A stretch of DNA of 64,000 bases from a bacterium (GTDB lineage Bacteria > UBA8248), in NCBI GenBank assembly GCA_965213625.1, contig CBDBZU010000004.1:1792001-1856000 (forward strand). Direction: 5' to 3'. Made by a program: the position numbers and the translations under genes. Numbering within the stretch: the first letter of the stretch is position 1; each line of letters begins with the position of its first letter. Of this stretch, positions 58,036 through 64,000 are shown piece by piece. The notes under the pieces were generated by a model, which worked only from the letters and a program-made list of their open reading frames with translations, ran no database searches and had not been told where the DNA came from.

Positions 58036-59100
58036 CTAGGAAACCCCACCGAGACAGGGAGAGACCTCCCGGATGAAGCGTTCGGCCACGGCGCGCCAGC
58101 TGTAAGCGGCTGCGCGATTGGTTCCGCGGCGGCCCAGCTCTTCGCGCAAGGCGTTGTTTTTCAACAGTTTGATAAGCGCATCTGCGAGAGTGGCCTCATC
58201 ACCGGGGGGTGTCAGCAAAACGCCCGCATCGCCCACAACCTCCGGCGCCGCCGCGACGTCGAGCGCCACCACGGGCAGACCCGCCGCCATGGCTTCGAGA
58301 TATGCGATGCCGAAGCCCTCCTGCAGCGACGGCAGGCAGAAAACGTCCGCGCCCGCGTACTCACGGCGCACAGCCTCATCGTCGGGCACCTCACCCAAAA
58401 GCGTTACAGCGTTCTCCAGGCCTAGCCTAAGTATCTGTTCTTCAAGGCTTTTTAAAGACGGCCCGCCGCCCACGACGCGCAGCTTCGCATCGGTCACAGC
58501 CGCGAGTACCTTCGGCATGGCCTGGATAAGGCTTTTGGTGTTCTTCCTGGGGTATTGCCGCGCCACAGAGAGAATGGTGTGGCCTGAAGGGCGCTTTGTC
58601 TCGCGAACACACACCCAATGAGCCGGATGAATACCGTTTCCCACGACGCCGACTTTTTCCGCTGGTAGTTCGTACGCCTCGCAGGCTACGCCCCGACTGT
58701 ATTCGCTGGTGACGATGACCCTGTCGGCGCGTTGCGCGTTGGCTCGTTCGAGATGGGAGAGCGCGCGCAAGTACTGACGTGGCGCGCCGCGTTCGAACCG
58801 CATCTCATCGGCCGAAATTCCGTGCAGATAGACGATAAAGGGAACATTGAGACTCAAATCGAAGCCGTCGATGTCGAATCCCATGATGAGGTCAAAATCA
58901 TCGGATGATACGCGCTCTTTCAATTCGAGATTGTACAGAAGCCTTTGAAGCAGAAGGCTAGACGCACGCTCGTTCGGGCCGATGATATCCACCGTATGCC
59001 CGATTGCTTCCAACCCGTCCGCAAGACCTGTGATGGCCGCCGCCGTGCCCGAGCCTTTCGCGATATCGAGGGTCCAGGAGTTCAAAAAAGCAATCCGCAA
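58036..59100 (-). CDS. Glycosyltransferase family 4
   Basis: VARQYPRKN, PSLQEGFGIAYLEAMAAGLPVV. Confidence 0.9.
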   Translation of the reverse strand: MRIAFLNSWTLDIAKGSGTAAAITGLADGLEAIGHTVDIIGPNERASSLLLQRLLYNLELKERVSSDDFDLIMGFDIDGFDLSLNVPFIVYLHGISADEMRFERGAPRQYLRALSHLERANAQRADRVIVTSEYSRGVACEAYELPAEKVGVVGNGIHPAHWVCVRETKRPSGHTILSVARQYPRKNTKSLIQAMPKVLAAVTDAKLRVVGGGPSLKSLEEQILRLGLENAVTLLGEVPDDEAVRREYAGADVFCLPSLQEGFGIAYLEAMAAGLPVVALDVAAAPEVVGDAGVLLTPPGDEATLADALIKLLKNNALREELGRRGTNRAAAYSWRAVAERFIREVSPCLGGVS

Positions 59101-59126
59101 ACTTTTCTTCCCCCCTCAAAATAAAG

Positions 59127-59152
59127 GAGGGCGCAATCCTGCGCCCTCTACA
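59127..59152. repeat. GTAG REP-like hairpin (may terminate pcd)
   Basis: GAGGGCGCAATCCTGCGCCCTCTACA. Confidence 0.6.
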
Positions 59153-59180
59153 ATATGTACCTACGATAAGGTTGCGCTCG

Positions 59181-59513
59181 TTACAGCACTTGATCCGATT
59201 TTGCTGCGAAGACGAAATCGCTCTCCGTCAAGCCGTCGATCTTGTGTGTCCACACGGTGACTTTTACCTTCCCCCACGCCAGGTAGATGTCGGGATGATG
59301 GCCCTGCGCTTCGGCCATCTCGCCTACGCGATTCGTGAAATCGAGCGCCGTCTGGAAATCGGGAAAGCTGTATTCTTTTTCCAGATGGTGTTCATCCACA
59401 ACGCGCCAATCGCCACCCAACTGTTCGTTCAAGGCGGAGAGAGCATCTCCTTTAAGGGGAGGCACGCCTCCTTTGCAAGGCACGCATTCCTTGGCCGCAA
59501 GTTCGCTGCTCAT
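59181..59513 (-). CDS. phhB: Pterin-4-alpha-carbinolamine dehydratase
   Basis: CVPCKGG, AEAQGHHPDI, WTHKIDGLTESDF. Confidence 0.93.
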   Translation of the reverse strand: MSSELAAKECVPCKGGVPPLKGDALSALNEQLGGDWRVVDEHHLEKEYSFPDFQTALDFTNRVGEMAEAQGHHPDIYLAWGKVKVTVWTHKIDGLTESDFVFAAKSDQVL

Positions 59514-59611
59514 GGATTTTCCACTCCTCTGAATAGATGTTGAAATATCTGTTGTTCACCTCGAAAGGACGCCTCATCATCGCCTCTTTCCCCGAAGGCC
59601 GCAAGGCTGTG

Positions 59612-60793
59612 TCACGCGCACTTGAGGGTGGGCATTACCTCCCGGGCGAACTTCTCCATGCTGGATGCGGCCTTCTTCACGCTCATATTTCCGAAATGAA
59701 AATAAATGACCATACCGCCGAAACCCATCTGTTCTTTTTGCGCCATCAATTCATCGCGCACTTCATCAGCAGTCCCAACAGCCGCCATACCGTTACGCAT
59801 GAGCTGGTCGGGTGTTCTCGCTTCCTCTCCGATCAGGCCTAAGGGTTTTCCCGGCGCATCCGTGGTTTGCCGTTCCGGTGAAACTGGCTCCGGTAAACTG
59901 CCCGGAAAACGGCGTCTGAGTTCCGCCAAAATATCAGGCTGCGCCCCGTAGAGGTTTCGCCAATAATAAGAGAGGGCAGGCCCCGCCTCGTCAATCGCCT
60001 TGGAGCGGGAATCCGCCACGTAAACCTGATGCTCGAGCCAGACGTGTTCCGCTCCCGCCTCCCATCCATAAGCGCGGCATCGCTCGCGGTAAAAGGCCGC
60101 TTTTTCGAGCAAATCCGCAAATGGCCTGTGGCTCAGAACCACGGGGGTCTTCATTCTGGCGCCCCAGTCGAGCGAAGTTTCTGAATCCGCCGGAAAGAGT
60201 ATCGGCGGATGAGGCTTCTGCCAGGGCCGGGTCCAGAGCTGGCAGCGCGGGTAGTGGAAATACTCGCCCTCCCAGTCGAAAGGCTCCGGCTCACTCCAGG
60301 CCTTGACGATGAATTCCCACGCCTCCTGAAATCGTCCGCGGCTTTCGGCCGGGTCCACGTTGTAGGCCAGATACTCCCTGTGCGCCCCGCGCAGGAACCC
60401 GGTCACTATCCTGCCGCCGCTCAGCACGTCGAGCGCCGCTATCTCCTCCGCCACGCGCAATGGCTGGGGGTAGAGCGGCAGGCAATAGCCTAAAATCGCG
60501 ATCTTCGCCCGCTTCGTCCGCGCGGCGATGTGGCCGGCATAAACGCCCGGGGTGGGCATCGAGCCGAAGTGCGTGCCGTGATGTTCATTGAGGCCGATGC
60601 CGTCGATTCCCGCCGCCTCGACGCGCTCCCAGAAGCGAAAATGCTCCTCCCACAAGGCGTGGGCCTTCTTCGCGTCGAATTCCGACGCATCGTGGGGATA
60701 ACTCGTCTTGTCCTTGAGATACGGCCAGGGAATGGTGTCGAAAGAGTAGATTTGCAAGTCTAGAACCTCGCCGGAAGCATAGCCCTCATCCAT
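59612..60793 (-). CDS. LLM-class flavin-dependent oxidoreductase
   Basis: NEHH, PLRVAEEIA.LDVLSGGR..GFLRG, PWQKPHPP. Confidence 0.9.
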   Translation of the reverse strand: MDEGYASGEVLDLQIYSFDTIPWPYLKDKTSYPHDASEFDAKKAHALWEEHFRFWERVEAAGIDGIGLNEHHGTHFGSMPTPGVYAGHIAARTKRAKIAILGYCLPLYPQPLRVAEEIAALDVLSGGRIVTGFLRGAHREYLAYNVDPAESRGRFQEAWEFIVKAWSEPEPFDWEGEYFHYPRCQLWTRPWQKPHPPILFPADSETSLDWGARMKTPVVLSHRPFADLLEKAAFYRERCRAYGWEAGAEHVWLEHQVYVADSRSKAIDEAGPALSYYWRNLYGAQPDILAELRRRFPGSLPEPVSPERQTTDAPGKPLGLIGEEARTPDQLMRNGMAAVGTADEVRDELMAQKEQMGFGGMVIYFHFGNMSVKKAASSMEKFAREVMPTLKCA

Positions 60794-61067
60794 CCTCTTT
60801 TAGCACCCTTTCACGCCACTGGAAACGGGAACGCGGCACCCATCAACCGCGCATGAGAATGCGGGTAATTACGGGATAAAACCCGACCTGGGAAGGGGTG
60901 TTTGCCGCCCTTCGCGGACGCAATATAGCGAACTCTGAAAAATTGAGATTACAGCTAATGCGGGGAGATGCGGGGTAAACCCTCAAATGCGCTGGTGGAG
61001 GGAGTTATATTTTCGAATCACCCCCCCTGTGTGTCGTAATTCGACGAAATCCCCCCGCCTCAGTCGT

Positions 61068-62912
61068 TCAGAACATCATCCGCAAGGCGAGCGAGAGGTT
61101 GTGGCTGCGGCGGGAGTCTTCGCCGAAGCGTCCGGAGTAGCTCAGGGAACCGCTCGCGCGCTCGCCCAGTTTCGCGCTTAGTCCCAAATCGGCGCTCAGC
61201 GCGCTGCTCAACGGCTCGTAGCCAGGAAGCGTAAAGCGCCCGGGCATGGTGTTCGAGCCCGCCGAGACGTGGATGGGGTCGTCTTCGAGTTCATATTCAT
61301 AGGCGATGCGGGCGTAGGGGCGGAGTCCGCCGACGCTCCAGCCGAAGCTGTAGCCGCCGCGCGCAATGAGCGAGTTGCGCGAGAAGTCCGAAAAATTCAT
61401 CGCGGTCGAGGAATTTCCGCTCTCCCGGTAGCCCTTGATCTCCTGGTTGAGCAGCGAGAGGCCGAAGAACGGGCCGTGACGGAGAGTCTCCGAAGCGCCC
61501 ATCGTACACTCCACATTGAGTTCGCCCCCGAACTGGGCGGCTTCGGTCGAGCCGCGCTCGGTGCGCGTGAACGCCGCCAGGGTTACCGGACGCTCGATGT
61601 CTACGGACGTCTGGCCCAGAGTCAGGGCGACGCTCACCTGCAGGCCGCCGCTGCGCCACGCGCCGTGCAGCGAGCCGAGCACGACGTCGCTCTCCAGGTT
61701 CGCCCCGTAGAGTTCGTTCCCGTGGCGGACGACGCTGAGCGCGGCGCCCCAGGAGAGGTCCGGCCCGGCGCGGTGGCCTGCCCCCAGTGTAATGCCGGTC
61801 ATGTCGGTTTCGATTTCCCCCAGACGCGGAAGTACGCCCGCGTCGTTCCTCCCGAACTGGCCCCGCGCATAGCCGCGCCAGCTCCCCTCGGGCAGCGCGA
61901 AATCAGCAGCCCGCTCCGCCCGAATGGCGCCGTGGTGAGCCGCCGACGCATCTGCGCCCGCCTCGCCCGCGAGAGATACCTGCAGCGGAGCAGCGAGCGT
62001 GGAGGTGACCATGCTCGCGAGCATCGCGTGGACGACGCCGCTCGGGTGGCTGCGATCCGCGAACAGATATGTCTCGTTCGCCCCGGGCGCATATGTTACG
62101 GGATAGGGAGTCCCCTCAGGTCCGCATTGGATGGAGACTGCGCTCCCCGCGTTCGGCGCTCCGCATGCCGTTCCGGTGGTGTTGGTGAGGCCGTACCTCG
62201 CGGGGTTCGCGGCGAGCGCGCTCAGCGCGGCATTGATGTTGATGGGGACGACGCCGTATTCATTCTCGCGAATTCCGGCGTAGAGTTTCTCGTTGTATTG
62301 GCCTACCAGCGCGGATATCCCTGCCTGATTGGCTGGACCCAGGCTGACGGCGAAAGGCGCCAGAGAGGCGTCGGGCATATTGAACACCACGACGTGGCGC
62401 GCCCCTGCTCCGCGGAGGCGGCGTATCTGCGCGGCGTTCACGTCCGCGGCCGCGAGAACGTGGCCCAGCGCAGTGGCCGGATTGCTGAGCGCGGAGTCGG
62501 CGATGTCGTTCAGCCCGCCCCAGATGGCGTAGAGCGCATTCTGATCGAGGCTCCCGCCCCGTAGGCCAAGGTGCATGCCGATTTGTTCCGTCACCGTCGG
62601 CGACAAGTCTTGATCGCAGGGCGTCGCAGGGTTCATGCAAGCTCCGGCGAAGGCGTAGTTCGGCCCGCCGGCGCGCGAGTTAAGCCCCGATGCGCCGAAG
62701 GCCTCCGCGACGATCTCCGCCCATACGGGGTCGGGGTTCGTGGTGAAGCTTGTGCCCGGAGGCAGTCCCGATCCCGTGGCCGCATTGCCGGAATCGCTCA
62801 GGCTGTCGCCGAACACGACGACGTTGCTGAAACTTTGCGCCGAGGCGTTGCCGGCGAGTCCCAGTGTGAGAACGAGAACAAAGACACAGAGCAGACGAAT
62901 GTCACGAAACAT
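61068..62912 (-). CDS. GDSL/SGNH esterase autotransporter (EstA-like)
   Basis: Signal peptide, FGDSLSD, NYA..GA, GGLND, FADRSHP; C-terminal beta-barrel ending in Phe; SD AGGAG. Confidence 0.9.
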   Translation of the reverse strand: MFRDIRLLCVFVLVLTLGLAGNASAQSFSNVVVFGDSLSDSGNAATGSGLPPGTSFTTNPDPVWAEIVAEAFGASGLNSRAGGPNYAFAGACMNPATPCDQDLSPTVTEQIGMHLGLRGGSLDQNALYAIWGGLNDIADSALSNPATALGHVLAAADVNAAQIRRLRGAGARHVVVFNMPDASLAPFAVSLGPANQAGISALVGQYNEKLYAGIRENEYGVVPININAALSALAANPARYGLTNTTGTACGAPNAGSAVSIQCGPEGTPYPVTYAPGANETYLFADRSHPSGVVHAMLASMVTSTLAAPLQVSLAGEAGADASAAHHGAIRAERAADFALPEGSWRGYARGQFGRNDAGVLPRLGEIETDMTGITLGAGHRAGPDLSWGAALSVVRHGNELYGANLESDVVLGSLHGAWRSGGLQVSVALTLGQTSVDIERPVTLAAFTRTERGSTEAAQFGGELNVECTMGASETLRHGPFFGLSLLNQEIKGYRESGNSSTAMNFSDFSRNSLIARGGYSFGWSVGGLRPYARIAYEYELEDDPIHVSAGSNTMPGRFTLPGYEPLSSALSADLGLSAKLGERASGSLSYSGRFGEDSRRSHNLSLALRMMF

Positions 62913-63113
62913 GGGGAGGACTCCTCTTCCCAGGAGAGAAAGTACACGGATACCGCGGAATGGTTCACGCGTCGAATGATTGGAACATATCAAATTCACG
63001 CGGCGGGCGGCAATAAAAAACGCGACGCTCTCGGGTACTTTTCGTATCGGAAGAGAGGTTTACTGGGGGTAATGCGGAATTGGGGCCTGGGGGAATGAAA
63101 CCGCCGCGAATTT

Positions 63114-63122
63114 TGGTATAAT
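63114..63122 (+). promoter_or_regulatory. Extended -10 promoter element
   Basis: TGGTATAAT about 40 bp upstream of the chorismate mutase start. Confidence 0.5.
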
Positions 63123-63160
63123 GGCGCATCTGTACTCACTAAACTCAAATGGAGTTCCGC

Positions 63161-63424
63161 ATGGCGGATGGGTTGTCCGGTTTCAGGGAGCGAATCGATG
63201 CGTGCGATGCACAGATCATCCGCCTCATCAACGATAGGCTCAATATCTGCCTCGAAGTCGGCGAATACAAGAGTTCGCATGGCATCGCCGTCAAGGACGA
63301 AACGCGCGAGAATGAGGTGATCGCCAGGATATTGGAAGGCAACGAGGGGCCGTGCCCGTCAGAGGCTCTCGAGCAGATCTACCGTATCCTCATCGACACC
63401 GCCGTTCGCCTTGAAGAAAAATAA
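63161..63424 (+). CDS. Chorismate mutase type II (AroQ)
   Basis: RERIDACD..II.LI..R...VG.YK......D..RE..V. Confidence 0.88.
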   Translation: MADGLSGFRERIDACDAQIIRLINDRLNICLEVGEYKSSHGIAVKDETRENEVIARILEGNEGPCPSEALEQIYRILIDTAVRLEEK

Positions 63425-63662
63425 TTTTATACGGGCGGGGAGGAGTGGGACTCTCATTCCCTGCAGCCTTGATAAGCCGGGCGCTTCGGGCAGCAATGGT
63501 TTTATACGGGCGGAGAGGGGTCTTAATCAACAGCCCCTTGCAGCCCCGATACGCCTCGCGTAAGCCCGGTGAGCATTTTTTTGCGAACCCTGATACAATA
63601 GCCGCCGAAACTTCCATCCATCGCCCAATTTGTAATAACACCGCCCCAGGGAGAATTCCCGC

Positions 63663-64000
63663 ATGGAAATCTGGCACGTCGCGTTGGGAGCCGTCGCTCT
63701 CGTCGTATGCTTCTGGTTCGCCGTGAGGGCGCGGATTTCCGGGTTGTCCCAAATGCTGCGCAACGCCGAGATGGAAAAGTCCGACGCACAGGCCTCCCAC
63801 GCTGCCGAACTGGAAAAGAACATGATTCTACGCGAGGACGTGGCGCGCCTCGAGTCTGACTTGGCGCACGAGCGAAAATCGGCGCAGGAAAAGCTCGACC
63901 TCCTTCGCCGCGCGACGGAGGAGATGCGCGAGAGCTTCGGGGCGCTCAGCGCAGACGCTCTCAAGAGCAATAACGCCTCTTTCCTCGATCTGGCCAAGTC
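63663..64000 (+). CDS. rmuC: DNA recombination protein RmuC, N-terminus (runs off window; not in ORF track)
   Basis: SD GGGAG; N-terminal TM, coiled coil, then SFGALSADALKSNNASFLDLAK. Confidence 0.8.
   Translation, partial: MEIWHVALGAVALVVCFWFAVRARISGLSQMLRNAEMEKSDAQASHAAELEKNMILREDVARLESDLAHERKSAQEKLDLLRRATEEMRESFGALSADALKSNNASFLDLAK

Noticed and set aside
63527-63997. 156-aa minus-strand ORF
   Set aside because: Antisense to the rmuC N-terminus
1-64000. tRNA, rRNA or known riboswitch
   Set aside because: No cloverleaf, rRNA-like or recognisable riboswitch consensus seen by eye; tRNAscan-SE and Rfam scans are needed to exclude them

Overview
Bacterial chromosomal window, GC-rich with lower-GC accessory islets. 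1-11.5 kb: end of a surface-polysaccharide locus (ABC exporter, two AsnB-type amidotransferases, GT2/GT4, two O-antigen ligase/polymerase-type membrane proteins, a priming sugar transferase and a methyltransferase). 11.7-60.8 kb: catabolic and uptake operons (hydrolases, MBL-fold enzymes, racemase, sulfatase, Gfo/Idh/MocA pair, TAXI-TRAP, TTT and Liv-type transporters, GGT, ALDH, LLM oxidoreductases), followed by an EstA-type autotransporter, a chorismate mutase and the start of rmuC. Intergenic regions are packed with several palindromic repeat families and MITE-like elements. Toxin-antitoxin and orphan genes are inserted between host genes. No tRNA, rRNA or CRISPR array was recognised. Best leads: (1) a NYN-domain RNase gene preceded by a consensus promoter and a ~65-nt structured, U-tailed leader RNA, a candidate RNA-antitoxin (type III-like) system; (2) an AhpD/CMD-family selenoprotein (CxxU plus SECIS) split in the ORF track; (3) an IS1111-type IS110 element whose non-coding RNA guides visibly match its own insertion site; (4) three accessory cassettes flanked by 12-47 bp duplications of host sequence with no transposase or integrase. 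All product calls come from motif recognition by eye; no database searches were run.
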